Origin: Candidatus Heimdallarchaeum aukensis | Lineage (GTDB): Archaea > Asgardarchaeota > Heimdallarchaeia > Heimdallarchaeales > Heimdallarchaeaceae | Reading direction: 5' to 3' | Assembly: GCA_021513695.1 (NCBI GenBank) | Contig: CP084166.1 | Coordinates: 2,400,001 to 2,464,000, forward strand | DNA: 64,000 bases | Shown here: piece after piece, positions 28,508 through 38,032 of the stretch | How the letters are laid out: each line of letters opens with the position of its first letter | Position numbering within the stretch: position 1 is the stretch's first letter | Program-made: the position numbers and the translations under genes | The notes under the pieces: generated by a model | Seen by the model: only the letters and a program-made list of their open reading frames with translations | Database searches by the model: none | Told to the model about the DNA's origin: nothing

Positions 28508-28765
28508 TTATTCATTAAAGAAATCTATGCCCTCGATGAATCTTTCTCTTCTCTCTTCTTTTTCTGCTTCGCTAATTTCTATTTCTTCTTCCTCGATTAT
28601 GACATCACCTAATTCACTAGATTTGTGTTCAACTTCTTCTTGTATTTCGTATTTTGAAGTATCGTCGATATCTTTTTCAAACTTACACTTAGGGCATATA
28701 AGAATGCGTTTTTTACCCTTCTTTGCAGGGATTAACATTTTTCCGCAATTTTCACAGAATTCCAC
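28508..28765 (-). CDS. TFS/RpoM-type N-terminal zinc-ribbon protein with acidic tail
   Basis: MEFCENCGKMLIPAKKGKKRILICPKCKFEKD (C-x2-C-x15-C-x2-C) resembles the N-terminal Zn ribbon of archaeal TFS/Rpb9-like proteins. The C-terminal TFIIS-type ribbon is absent, replaced by an E/I-rich acidic tail. Confidence 0.55.
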   Translation of the reverse strand: MEFCENCGKMLIPAKKGKKRILICPKCKFEKDIDDTSKYEIQEEVEHKSSELGDVIIEEEEIEISEAEKEERRERFIEGIDFFNE

Positions 28766-28956
28766 GTGCTACTCACTTTTTTATCTTGTGATTTTTGGTA
28801 TGTCGCTTTTCACTTTTTAACTTTTCTCTTTAAAACTTTTTTAGCAGATTCTTTATATTTTCTTGTAAATTTTCTAACAATTTTGTAAAATAACAATTCC
28901 AATAACTGCAAAGAGATAAACTTTTGAACTGCTTTTTTTTTACTTATCTGAAAAGA

Positions 28957-30000
28957 ATGCCTAATAAAACTTCTCCTAGAAAAGATGAGCATCTAAAGAT
29001 ATGCAATGAGTTAGACGTAAATTATGATCTAATTTCTCCTGGTTTTGAGAAAGTAAGCATCTCTGATGAGCTTTCAAACTTCTCAGATGTTACTCCTGAT
29101 ATGGTTAAACTTGAAACTTCACTATTTGGAAAAAAAATAGATTTTCCAGTGATTATCTCAGGAATAACTGGAGGTTCAGAAGAAGGAAAAAAAATTAACA
29201 AATCTATAGCTAAAGTTTGTAATGAATTTAATATCGCCATGGGTGTAGGAAGTCAGAGAGCAGCAATTGAAGATCCACAATTGGTATCTACTTATCAAGT
29301 TCGAGAGTATGCTCCTAATATTCCTTTAATTGGGAATCTTGGGGTAGCTCAACTCTTAGATAAAACAAATGGAGAAAAGGTAAAACTTGCTGTAGAAATG
29401 ATTGATGCAGATGCTATAGCTTTGCACATAAATCCTTTACAAGAATATGTACAATATGAAGGAGACAAACATTTTACTAACATGATTCCATCTTTAAGGC
29501 ATATAGTTCAAAACAGCAGTTTTCCTATAATAATAAAAGGTGTTGGTTTCGGATTTAGTTTTAAGGATATGCAAATAATTGGTAAAATAGGCGCAAAATA
29601 TGTAGACATTGCTGGTGCAGGAGGAACAAATTGGACGAAAATAGAACTTTATAGACATAAAAAAGAATTTGGTTTTTCTAATGATTTTGTAAATCTGGGC
29701 ATCTCAACAGTAGAAACACTAAGAAACGCCGTACTTGTGCAACAGACTTATCCTTACAAAATTATTGCATCTGGAGGAATATGGTCAGGAATAAATGCTG
29801 TAAAAGCTTTGCTTTTAGGTGCTGATTACGTGGGTTTAGCTCTACCAATCGTAAAAGCTTTCTATCATAAAGGAGAAGAAGGAATAAAATCTTTTCTTTC
29901 AACTTTCATAACTGAAATGAAAATAGTTTTAGCTATGATGGGTATTAGAGACTTAAGTCAACTAAATAAAAGAAAAAAGAAATTCTTATCCCACCAGTAA
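28957..30000 (+). CDS. fni: Isopentenyl-diphosphate delta-isomerase, type 2 (FMN-dependent)
   Basis: RKDEHLKIC start, TIM-barrel FMN motifs (GVGSQRAA, IIKGVGFG, DIAGAGGTNW, ASGGI), about 345 aa. ATG at 28957 preferred over the track TTG at 28924. Confidence 0.85.
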   Translation: MPNKTSPRKDEHLKICNELDVNYDLISPGFEKVSISDELSNFSDVTPDMVKLETSLFGKKIDFPVIISGITGGSEEGKKINKSIAKVCNEFNIAMGVGSQRAAIEDPQLVSTYQVREYAPNIPLIGNLGVAQLLDKTNGEKVKLAVEMIDADAIALHINPLQEYVQYEGDKHFTNMIPSLRHIVQNSSFPIIIKGVGFGFSFKDMQIIGKIGAKYVDIAGAGGTNWTKIELYRHKKEFGFSNDFVNLGISTVETLRNAVLVQQTYPYKIIASGGIWSGINAVKALLLGADYVGLALPIVKAFYHKGEEGIKSFLSTFITEMKIVLAMMGIRDLSQLNKRKKKFLSHQ

Positions 30001-30139
30001 ATAGGCTTTAAAGTTAGGAATCAGCCTAACTATGATTCGTCATTGTCTTTTTAGACTCAGCAATGCCTTGCTCATCACTTAGGATCAAATGATTTTTGGA
30101 GTATATCTTTCTTCCTATCTCTCCCTTATTTTAAAAAAA

Positions 30140-31072
30140 TTAAAATAGATTAGTACTTAACATTAATGGTGGAATAATAATTAGTACATTGGCGGCTAAT
30201 ATTGCTGCATAAGCAAATTTATTCCAGTTAAGAATTTTTTTTCCGTCTAGCTGCCATAAGGGAATGCAATTAAAAAGCGCAATAAGTCCGTTGAATAGAG
30301 TTATTTTCAAAAAGATATTTTCAAATATAGGTGAAAAAGTCAAAGGTAGAATTGCAAATTTGATAAGTAAACCAATAATTAGACTAACTCCTCCAATAAT
30401 TGCATTTATAGCTGGACCAGCTAAAGCTACAAGTCCGCCTTCTTTTTTAGTCATTTTTCGTCTAGGATCTAAGGGAACAATTGCTACAAAGCCAGGAACA
30501 ATTAAACCTATTTGGAAAATTAAAGTAAATAATGTGAATAGAATACCTTTTGTCCATAGAACATACCTTGCAAATTGTCCTTTTTTAATTGCCACAAATT
30601 TATGAGCTAGTTCATGAGGTAGAAAAGCTGTACCAATAAGGATTCCTGAAATAATAAATCCCCAGTAGTTTCTTTCGAAGATAAATTCTGATATCCCAAA
30701 TACAAGTATAATTAGTCCAAAACCAAAAATCAGGTCTAAAGCTTCTGAACCTAAAGAAAAAATATCAGGAGAAGCTAACAATCTTCTAGTTATTAATTCT
30801 TTTTTCGATTTATTGTCTAAACGAGATAATTGGTCATAGTATGCTTGTTGGGCTTGTTTTTGAACATATTCTGCAGCTTTTTGTATTCCCGTCATTATAG
30901 CAGAAGTTGCTTGCGCTACTGTCTCTGCTTGTTCTGGGAAAGATTGACCTAAAAAGATGGGGCATTGATGATTTTGGGGATCACGATGCTCCTCACAGAA
31001 AGAGTGGTGACAATATCTACAATAAAAGAGTATATCTTCATCTCTATTACAGTTAGGGTAATCGCATTTCAT
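30140..31072 (-). CDS. AN1-type zinc finger fused to M50 (site-2 protease-like) membrane metalloprotease, copy 1
   Basis: AN1 pattern CDYPNCNRDEDILFYCRYCHHSFCEEHRDPQNHQC, then membrane helices with HELAHKF (HExxH) and NCIPLWQLDG (NxxPxxxxDG). Confidence 0.75.
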   Translation of the reverse strand: MKCDYPNCNRDEDILFYCRYCHHSFCEEHRDPQNHQCPIFLGQSFPEQAETVAQATSAIMTGIQKAAEYVQKQAQQAYYDQLSRLDNKSKKELITRRLLASPDIFSLGSEALDLIFGFGLIILVFGISEFIFERNYWGFIISGILIGTAFLPHELAHKFVAIKKGQFARYVLWTKGILFTLFTLIFQIGLIVPGFVAIVPLDPRRKMTKKEGGLVALAGPAINAIIGGVSLIIGLLIKFAILPLTFSPIFENIFLKITLFNGLIALFNCIPLWQLDGKKILNWNKFAYAAILAANVLIIIPPLMLSTNLF

Positions 31073-31248
31073 TAGTTAAACTCAATTTAACATAGGCATT
31101 TTAGAACCTATTCATTTAGCAGAAATTTTTCAATGTTCAAATCTAAAATTTTTGAATGAAATAGAATTTTAAAAAATTATAACTGTTTTATTCCAATAAA
31201 ACTTTTAAGGTAGAATCATCTAACATTTTTTAACAACTCAATTTAGGT

Positions 31249-32943
31249 GTGAAAATGAAACCCGATATTGAAATCTCACAAGAAAAAGCAAAAGATATGA
31301 AAGATATTAGAGAAATTGTAAAAAAAGTAGGTTTAACTGAAGACGATCTTCAGCTTTACGGTAAGTATATAGCCAAGTTAAGTCAAGAGGCCATTTCTCG
31401 CATTCTTAACTCAGATAAAGAAGAAGGAAAATTAATTTTCGTTACAGCTATGACTGCCTCAAAAGCAGGAGAAGGAAAGACAGTAACCAGTATAGGTCTG
31501 TCTCAAGCTTTCGCTAAACTAGGAAAAAATGTAATGTTTGCCATTAGAGAACCATCAATGGGACCAACTTTTGGAATAAAAGGAGGAGCAACTGGTGGAG
31601 GATATTCACAAGTCTTCCCAATGGTTGATATTGATCTGCACTTTACAGGAGATCTTCATGCAATTACATCAGCTCACAATTTACTCGCTGCACTGATTGA
31701 TAATCACATAACGAAAGGTAATAAACTAAACATTGATCCTACTAAGGTCACTTGGCCAAGAGCTTTGGATGTAAATGACAGAGCATTAAGAAACATCATT
31801 ACTGGGTTGGGAGGAAGAAGATTAGGCGGAGATATTCGTAATACTGGTTTTGTAATTACTGCAGCTAGTGAAATAATGGCTATTTTGGCACTTTCAATGG
31901 ATATGAAAGAATTGAAAGAAAGGCTAGGTAATATTTTAATTGGTTATACTTACGATGATAAGCCAGTATATGCAAGAGATCTAAAAGCTGTTGGCGCAAT
32001 GGCTTTAATACTGAAAGATGCAATTAAACCTAATATTGTTCAGAATTTCGAAGGCGTTCCTGGTTTCATTCACTGTGGACCTTTTGCAAATATTGCTCAT
32101 GGTAATAGCTCAATATTAGCAACTAAATTGGCTCTCAAACTAGCTGATTATGTAATAACTGAAGGAGGTTTTGCTGCAGACTTAGGATTTGAAAAATTCT
32201 GTGATATAGTTGCTAGAAAATACAATACAATTCCTTCTGCAGTAGTGCTTGTAGCATCAATTAGAGCATTACACATCCATGGTGGAGCTCCATTCGAAAA
32301 AGGATTTGAAAAGAACTTAGACGCTTTAGCAAAAGGAGTTGAAAATCTTGCTAAACACATAGACAATATGAAAAACAAGTTTAAAGTTCCTCCTGTTGTA
32401 GCAATTAATCGATTCCCACAAGATGATGATGAAGAAATAGAATGGCTACGTAATTGGTGTATTGAACAAGGTGCAGAATTTGCAGTCTCTGAAGTGTTCT
32501 CAAAAGGAGGAGAAGGTGGTATCGATCTCGCTAAAGCAGTTCTTGCTGCAATTGAAAAGGGAGAAAAACAACTAAACTACATCTATGAACTTGATGATCC
32601 TGTAAAAGTGAAAATAGAAAAAATAGCGAAACAAGTTTATGGCGCTGATGGAGTAGAATATTCGCCAAAAGCTCTTGATGACATAAAACTTATTGAAAAA
32701 CTAGGTTATGCTAATTTCCCAATTTGTATGGCTAAAACTCAGTTAAGTATAACTGATAAAACAGGTCTTTTAGGAGCTCCTACTGGCTGGAAATTGAATG
32801 TTGATGAAGTTAGATTGTATACTGGAGCTCAATTCATTGTTCCTGTAGCAGGAAGAATGTTCTTGATGCCTGGGTTACCTCCAGTACCTGCTGCAGAGCG
32901 TATGGATATTGATGAAAACGGTCATGTAGTTGGGTTGGAGTAA
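31249..32943 (+). CDS. fhs: Formate--tetrahydrofolate ligase
   Basis: About 560 aa. PDIEISQ... N-terminus, P-loop-like TAMTASKAGEGKTVTSIGL, EPSMGPTFGIKGGATGGGYSQV, ICMAKTQLS. GTG at 31249 or ATG at 31255. Confidence 0.92.
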   Translation: MKMKPDIEISQEKAKDMKDIREIVKKVGLTEDDLQLYGKYIAKLSQEAISRILNSDKEEGKLIFVTAMTASKAGEGKTVTSIGLSQAFAKLGKNVMFAIREPSMGPTFGIKGGATGGGYSQVFPMVDIDLHFTGDLHAITSAHNLLAALIDNHITKGNKLNIDPTKVTWPRALDVNDRALRNIITGLGGRRLGGDIRNTGFVITAASEIMAILALSMDMKELKERLGNILIGYTYDDKPVYARDLKAVGAMALILKDAIKPNIVQNFEGVPGFIHCGPFANIAHGNSSILATKLALKLADYVITEGGFAADLGFEKFCDIVARKYNTIPSAVVLVASIRALHIHGGAPFEKGFEKNLDALAKGVENLAKHIDNMKNKFKVPPVVAINRFPQDDDEEIEWLRNWCIEQGAEFAVSEVFSKGGEGGIDLAKAVLAAIEKGEKQLNYIYELDDPVKVKIEKIAKQVYGADGVEYSPKALDDIKLIEKLGYANFPICMAKTQLSITDKTGLLGAPTGWKLNVDEVRLYTGAQFIVPVAGRMFLMPGLPPVPAAERMDIDENGHVVGLE

Positions 32944-32982
32944 TCTCTAATTTTTTTCTCTATTTCTTTTTTTTAGAAAATA

Positions 32983-33975
32983 TTAGATGTAAAATATGTT
33001 GTTTAGAATAATATAAACAAAATAAATAATTATATTTGAAACCCACAGTCCCCATGCAAGATTTTTTTTCCATTCAAAAATATAATTTCCATCGGATAAA
33101 GGAAATAAAGGCATAGCATGGAAGACAAGAAAACCAAAAATAAATACAACTAAAGCACTTGAAAATGAATATAAAGCGATGATAAAACTAGATGCAGGAT
33201 AAAAAGCTCGCAATAATGTGAAAATAGCTGCAATAATTTCCCATCCAAGCAACCATGAAACACCAGCTAAAGCAGTTATTCCATATTCTCTCCTTACAGG
33301 GTTGATATCATTTAGATGAATAATGTTTCCTTGTGTTCTTCTGAATAATCTTTTTTTGAGGATAAGTATTGATGGAGGTAGTATGAGAACAGGAAACACT
33401 ATTGAAAGTAACGATATCAAAAATGCTTGCAACCATAAAGCATTTCTCGCACTTACTCCAGCTCTTTTACCTACAACAAAATGTATTACTTCGTGTAATG
33501 AATAAGTTAACCCAATTCCAATGAAAATAGTGGGTAAAATAATAAGAATTGTATTTCTGTAGAATTGGAGATTGACAGTGAAATATAGAGAAAGAATAAT
33601 AGAAATAAAAACTGTAGGGATTAAGATGTTAAAGAAATTCTTATCAAACGAATAAAGGGTGAAAAAAGCTGATCTCGCCAGAAATCTATCTTTTTTTTCC
33701 AAGTAAGAAGACGTTCGTTTAATTTTTTTGTTTGACATATCAATAGGAAAAACTTTCTCTTTTTTCTCTTCAGTTATAATTTTTACAGGAGTAGTAGCTC
33801 TACTGACCTTTGATTTTTTGTATTCATCAGATTGAAAATAGTTTAATTTTATACAATTATGTTGTTCTGGAAGTCGGTGTTTTGAACAATAATAATTACC
33901 ACAGAGTTTACACTTAAAAGGCAGCATCTCTTCTTCATTGTTACAATTTGGATATGAACATCTGGATTTTGGCAT
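32983..33975 (-). CDS. AN1-type zinc finger fused to M50-like membrane metalloprotease, copy 2
   Basis: CSYPNCNNEEEMLPFKCKLCGNYYCSKHRLPEQHNC, then helices with HEVIHFV (HExxH) and AMPLFPLSDG. ATG at 33975 lies 1 nt after the upstream gene's TAA and is preceded by GAGGAGGA; the track GTG at 33993 is less likely. Confidence 0.7.
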   Translation of the reverse strand: MPKSRCSYPNCNNEEEMLPFKCKLCGNYYCSKHRLPEQHNCIKLNYFQSDEYKKSKVSRATTPVKIITEEKKEKVFPIDMSNKKIKRTSSYLEKKDRFLARSAFFTLYSFDKNFFNILIPTVFISIILSLYFTVNLQFYRNTILIILPTIFIGIGLTYSLHEVIHFVVGKRAGVSARNALWLQAFLISLLSIVFPVLILPPSILILKKRLFRRTQGNIIHLNDINPVRREYGITALAGVSWLLGWEIIAAIFTLLRAFYPASSFIIALYSFSSALVVFIFGFLVFHAMPLFPLSDGNYIFEWKKNLAWGLWVSNIIIYFVYIILNNIFYI

Positions 33976-33976
33976 C

Positions 33977-35221
33977 TTAATCCTCCTCTTCACTATCGCT
34001 CTTTAGTGTGATTTCACAAATACGATGTTCTGTTTTTTCTAAAGAAATATCTGTCTTACATGTTTCAGCAATCCATTTTTCACAATCGTTACACATTATA
34101 TTATCTGGATGCTTCCAGAAACCACAGACAAGTAAAAATTTTTCTTCATCAAAATAAAAATCATTGATAAAACTACACTTGTTAAAAAGTTGAATCAGTC
34201 TTATCATTGGGTCAAGTTCATAGTAAATATCTTTTCCAATTTCCTGGTTGATTAATTCAATTGTTTTTTCTCTTTCTTTTAATCCCATTTCTCTTATTGC
34301 TTGAGTGCTAGCATGAACTGCTTGTTCTCTTCCTGCTCCTTCACGACTAATTTGAAAAAGACATTCTTGAATATAACCATACTCTGAAGCACATCGTGTT
34401 TCTTCGCAGAAAATTTTATCTTCAAAGATATGTGAAAAAATTGTTTCTAACATCCCTTCGATAAACGAACAAGTTTTTGTAGCAATAACTCCTAAAGAAT
34501 CTGTCCAAATAGAGTTTCTAACTGCTATTGAAGCTACTTTCTCTTCTGGGTCCAAATGCATCAGTGAAAATTTACCCCACCTGGCAACAATAGGCGATTT
34601 TAGAATCTCTGTAATTTTATCACGAGGTTTTTTAGCATTCTTAATGCTGATAGTTTGTATAATCCTTTTTCCTACTTCTTTGCCAATTTTATCTAAAACT
34701 TGTGATATAGGGTCTTCTTCACCTTCAAATTGCCCATAAAATATCATTTGTAAAAGTACAGTAACCTTATCTCTAAGTTCCCTTAAAGTTGTTGCCAAAA
34801 AAGGAAATTCTTCAAGGGTTGGAGAAGTATAATTAACCACATTTAACAATTCTGGTGATTCTTTTAATTTTGTGATAGATCTTTCCATTTCATCTTCAGT
34901 TGAAGAAATCATCAAATATTCTGTAATTGTTGGGTCAAAAATAACAACAGAGAGCATGAATTCTTCTTTTCCTCCCCTCGCAAGAGGATTTGGCACAGAG
35001 AAAAACATACTTGAGTAAACTACATTTACCATTGCATTGACAAAGGCTTTCATTTCTTGTAAAAAATTGAAGTCCATTAACCGTGTAAGGCTTGCAGTAA
35101 TTCTATCATCTTTTATTTCTGCTATGTGGAAAAGAAGGCGTGGACCTAATCTTTGGTCAAAGTGAAAAAGCATCACGTTTATTCTGTCTAGAAGATCTTT
35201 TGGTTCACTCATATTCTCCAA
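33977..35221 (-). CDS. Multidomain protein: longin/roadblock-like N-terminus, V4R (TRAPP/Bet3-like) domain, C-terminal Cys/His cluster
   Basis: V4R-type pattern KTCSFIEGMLETIFSHIFEDKIFCEETRCASEYGYIQECLFQI. N-terminal INVMLFHFDQRLGPRLLF...ARGGKEEFMLSVVIFD has an alternating strand/helix pattern. C-terminal VCGFWKHPDNIMCNDCEKWIAETC...HRIC. Confidence 0.5.
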   Translation of the reverse strand: MENMSEPKDLLDRINVMLFHFDQRLGPRLLFHIAEIKDDRITASLTRLMDFNFLQEMKAFVNAMVNVVYSSMFFSVPNPLARGGKEEFMLSVVIFDPTITEYLMISSTEDEMERSITKLKESPELLNVVNYTSPTLEEFPFLATTLRELRDKVTVLLQMIFYGQFEGEEDPISQVLDKIGKEVGKRIIQTISIKNAKKPRDKITEILKSPIVARWGKFSLMHLDPEEKVASIAVRNSIWTDSLGVIATKTCSFIEGMLETIFSHIFEDKIFCEETRCASEYGYIQECLFQISREGAGREQAVHASTQAIREMGLKEREKTIELINQEIGKDIYYELDPMIRLIQLFNKCSFINDFYFDEEKFLLVCGFWKHPDNIMCNDCEKWIAETCKTDISLEKTEHRICEITLKSDSEEED

Positions 35222-35256
35222 CTTTCAGATGATTAATTTCACACTTCTTTTGCAGT

Positions 35257-36297
35257 TTATAGTTTTTTTGTATAAAGATATCCTATTGCAAATGCAGGAC
35301 TAAATTCTACTGAAACAAAATCACTGCCTTTTACTATTTTAATATTTGCAAATTCTTCATCTTGTGACAAATAGTCAAATAATAAGTCTGCTCCAATTCC
35401 AAAAAGAACTATCTTATCTAACCCATATGCTTTAAGCTTTTGTTGAATTGCATTTTTAATTATGTTTAATATCTTTTGAATAAGATTATCAGTAATTTTT
35501 TGTAAAATATCCATGTTCTCCTTATAATTTGAGATACAAAACATCTTGCTTACATTTCTGTAGGCATTTTCTCTAATTTGATCAAGAGTTAAATTTGTGT
35601 CAGTTTGGGAAGTATGTAGATCATTTGAGATAAAGAAAAGATCTTCTGTTCTAGCATGAGGAAAAGAAGGAAGGTAGATTTTTTTACCATCAAAAATAAA
35701 TGGATTCTCGATATTTACTAAATTTGTTTCTAAAGTTCCAATAAACAATAGTTCATCATTTAACATTCTCTCATAATTATTTCTAGAATTTGCAGCATAT
35801 TTCCCTTCCTTTACAGGAGCTAGTGAAAAAGTTCTAGTCGAAAATTCTATAGCAAGAAAATCTTCTTTAACAAAATCATAAGCTGCTTCTGCTAAAGCTT
35901 TCCAACCAGCTGACACAACTTTGGAAGGGTTTTTCTCTGCTTCATCTGGAGATAGAAATGAATTATCCAAAGAATAATAACTTACATTATTTACGTATTT
36001 GTTAACAATTTTGCCAATAAAGGATACTGCTTCTTGATCAGAATCAAAAACAGGCTCTGCAGAAGTGGTTAATATGAAATCCCTGATTCCAAAGTCGCTA
36101 TATGAACGTAGAAGAGACTTAATAAAAGTTTCAAATTCATCTTTTTTCTTATTTAGAGAAAAAAGAATTCTCTGATAACTTAAAGGTGAATCAGGTTGGG
36201 AAGGGTCTATTACGCAAATTTTCTGTGTTGTGATTCCAATATCCAAGACTGCTATAGCATTATGTGATGTAAAAAAAGTAGAATTTGTGATATTCAT
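35257..36297 (-). CDS. Putative ASKHA-superfamily (sugar kinase/Hsp70/actin fold; hydantoinase-A-like) protein
   Basis: N-terminal AIAVLDIGITTQKICVID (phosphate-1-like) and C-terminal IVLFGIGADLL (adenosine-motif-like). Pattern-level only. Confidence 0.35.
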   Translation of the reverse strand: MNITNSTFFTSHNAIAVLDIGITTQKICVIDPSQPDSPLSYQRILFSLNKKKDEFETFIKSLLRSYSDFGIRDFILTTSAEPVFDSDQEAVSFIGKIVNKYVNNVSYYSLDNSFLSPDEAEKNPSKVVSAGWKALAEAAYDFVKEDFLAIEFSTRTFSLAPVKEGKYAANSRNNYERMLNDELLFIGTLETNLVNIENPFIFDGKKIYLPSFPHARTEDLFFISNDLHTSQTDTNLTLDQIRENAYRNVSKMFCISNYKENMDILQKITDNLIQKILNIIKNAIQQKLKAYGLDKIVLFGIGADLLFDYLSQDEEFANIKIVKGSDFVSVEFSPAFAIGYLYTKKL

Positions 36298-36374
36298 TTA
36301 TATTTCTCCTTAACTTTATTTTAAAATGCTATACACGTTATTAAAAATAAGTTTTTGTTTAGTCTTTTTCATCC

Positions 36375-37019
36375 TCATCTATTTCTAAAAATCACTCCCT
36401 CTGGCTCGTCATCTTGTTGTTCTATTTTCGTTTTTTTCAGCTTTTTTTCGTTTACCTTGACATTCTTCAGATAAGTTTTATCTCCAACTAGTTTTGCTTT
36501 TGGATATATGTTTGAAATAGCTTGACAAATTTCAGCTAGTTTTCTATCCTCAATATATTCTCCTAAAAAGAATTCTTTTCCTTCTCTGGTATAAATGAGA
36601 AGCATACCTTTATTTTTATGTTTTCGAAGATCTAGCGATAACTTTCTAGGAATTCTTGACATACCATACCTTCTTATTTCAACAAGAGGTAAATTATTTT
36701 TTCTTATTCTAAATCCTGTTACAAGCATAGGAGTGGATCTATAAACTAAGTGCTTATCTTTTGTTATCTTAATAAAATCACGAGGATATGAAATCTCTTT
36801 AAACAAGCGATTAATGAAAATAATTGAAGGTATGATGATTACAACTATTGCTATAACCCAATCACCTATATTTGCTGATTTGAAATATACAACTGTTGCA
36901 ACAAACGCTCCTATCATTATAAATGTTGAAACAAGATTAAGAATGAAATCCTTCCAACCAAATCTCTTAGCTTGAACTTTAATTAATGCTTCATCTTCTT
37001 TTTTTGCCATTTTAATCAC
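36375..37019 (-). CDS. Membrane protein with two N-terminal helices and a cytoplasmic PH-like domain (tentative)
   Basis: 214 aa. Helices FILNLVSTFIMIGAFVATVVYF and WVIAIVVIIIPSIIFINRLF. GTG at 37019 overlaps the upstream stop (GTGA); an alternative ATG is at 37010. Confidence 0.5.
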   Translation of the reverse strand: MIKMAKKEDEALIKVQAKRFGWKDFILNLVSTFIMIGAFVATVVYFKSANIGDWVIAIVVIIIPSIIFINRLFKEISYPRDFIKITKDKHLVYRSTPMLVTGFRIRKNNLPLVEIRRYGMSRIPRKLSLDLRKHKNKGMLLIYTREGKEFFLGEYIEDRKLAEICQAISNIYPKAKLVGDKTYLKNVKVNEKKLKKTKIEQQDDEPEGVIFRNR

Positions 37020-38032
37020 ATTTTCTTGTTAAAATCATTAACTAGTTTTACAATAAGGTCTAAACTTTCTTCTTCTACATCAAGAGGGATCACACAACCA
37101 GGAGCTAAAATGTTTCTCTTTATTTCCGCAGTCACTTCTAAACTTTTTATTATATTATTAATTATCTCTTCTTTATTTCCTTCGACTAATATTTCCTCGT
37201 TAATCCCTGCGAGGAAACCCCTTTTTTTTGTGATCTCACTTGCCTCTGAAAGAGATGGCCAAGTAAGCTGGTCATGCCAATTGTATGCGTGTGTTATTAT
37301 CCTCTCTGTTGCCTCTCTAAATAGAATGTTTTCTCCATGAATATGAAATACTGTTATTGGAGACTTTTTTCTTACACGTTTTATCAACTTCTCGATAAAA
37401 AACAACTCAAATTTATTTATTTCCTTATTAGTTAGTGAGCTAGGTCTTAGATGCTGTGAGGCAATAAATAAACCCTCAGCTCCAAAATCAAGAGAAGCCA
37501 TAGAAAATTCAGAAATAACCTCATAGAGAATATTTAATGCTTCAAAAATAATTTTAGGTTCTCTCTTGATGTGTTCCTCTATATTTCTATCCAATTTTGA
37601 AGCAACCATTAATGGGCTAAAAATAGTATTAATTTTGGGTAAAAATTCTAACTTTCTATTAATTAACTCGACTACGCGAAGTTGTTTACCAAATTCTCCA
37701 TCGTTCACGTCAACTTGTTCAATATTTTCCCAATCTTCGATTTTTGTTATTACTGGTTTAACACATCGCGTTGAACCACTCACAGGATCATATTCATCAG
37801 CTATTTGACATCCAAAGTCAACACAAGGATAACGTCCATGAAGAGAGATTTTCATTAAATCAAAGTTGAAACGATTGTAATAGTCAATATGTGCTTTGGC
37901 TAACTTGTCTGGGTCGAGATCGATTAAAGGAAAATGTCGCCAAAAAGAGAAAAGAATTCTTTCATCGTTTAAACCTGAAAAGGTGTCTAGAACTAGCTGC
38001 AGTTTATCCACTAGAAATCCCTCGGTTTGCAT
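37016..38032 (-). CDS. Uroporphyrinogen decarboxylase (URO-D)/MtaA-like family protein
   Basis: 338 aa. Overall TIM-barrel-like pattern with ERILFSFWRHFP, DLMKISLHGRYP and ITVFHIHGENILF, as in anaerobe URO-D-family methyltransferase-like proteins. Moderate, pattern-based call. Confidence 0.5.
   Translation of the reverse strand: MQTEGFLVDKLQLVLDTFSGLNDERILFSFWRHFPLIDLDPDKLAKAHIDYYNRFNFDLMKISLHGRYPCVDFGCQIADEYDPVSGSTRCVKPVITKIEDWENIEQVDVNDGEFGKQLRVVELINRKLEFLPKINTIFSPLMVASKLDRNIEEHIKREPKIIFEALNILYEVISEFSMASLDFGAEGLFIASQHLRPSSLTNKEINKFELFFIEKLIKRVRKKSPITVFHIHGENILFREATERIITHAYNWHDQLTWPSLSEASEITKKRGFLAGINEEILVEGNKEEIINNIIKSLEVTAEIKRNILAPGCVIPLDVEEESLDLIVKLVNDFNKKM

Noticed and set aside
28810-28992. 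60-aa Lys-rich minus-strand ORF in the divergent promoter region between the TFS-like gene and fni
   Set aside because: It overlaps the fni start region and is poly-basic and low-complexity with no motif. It is most likely a chance ORF in AT-rich promoter DNA.
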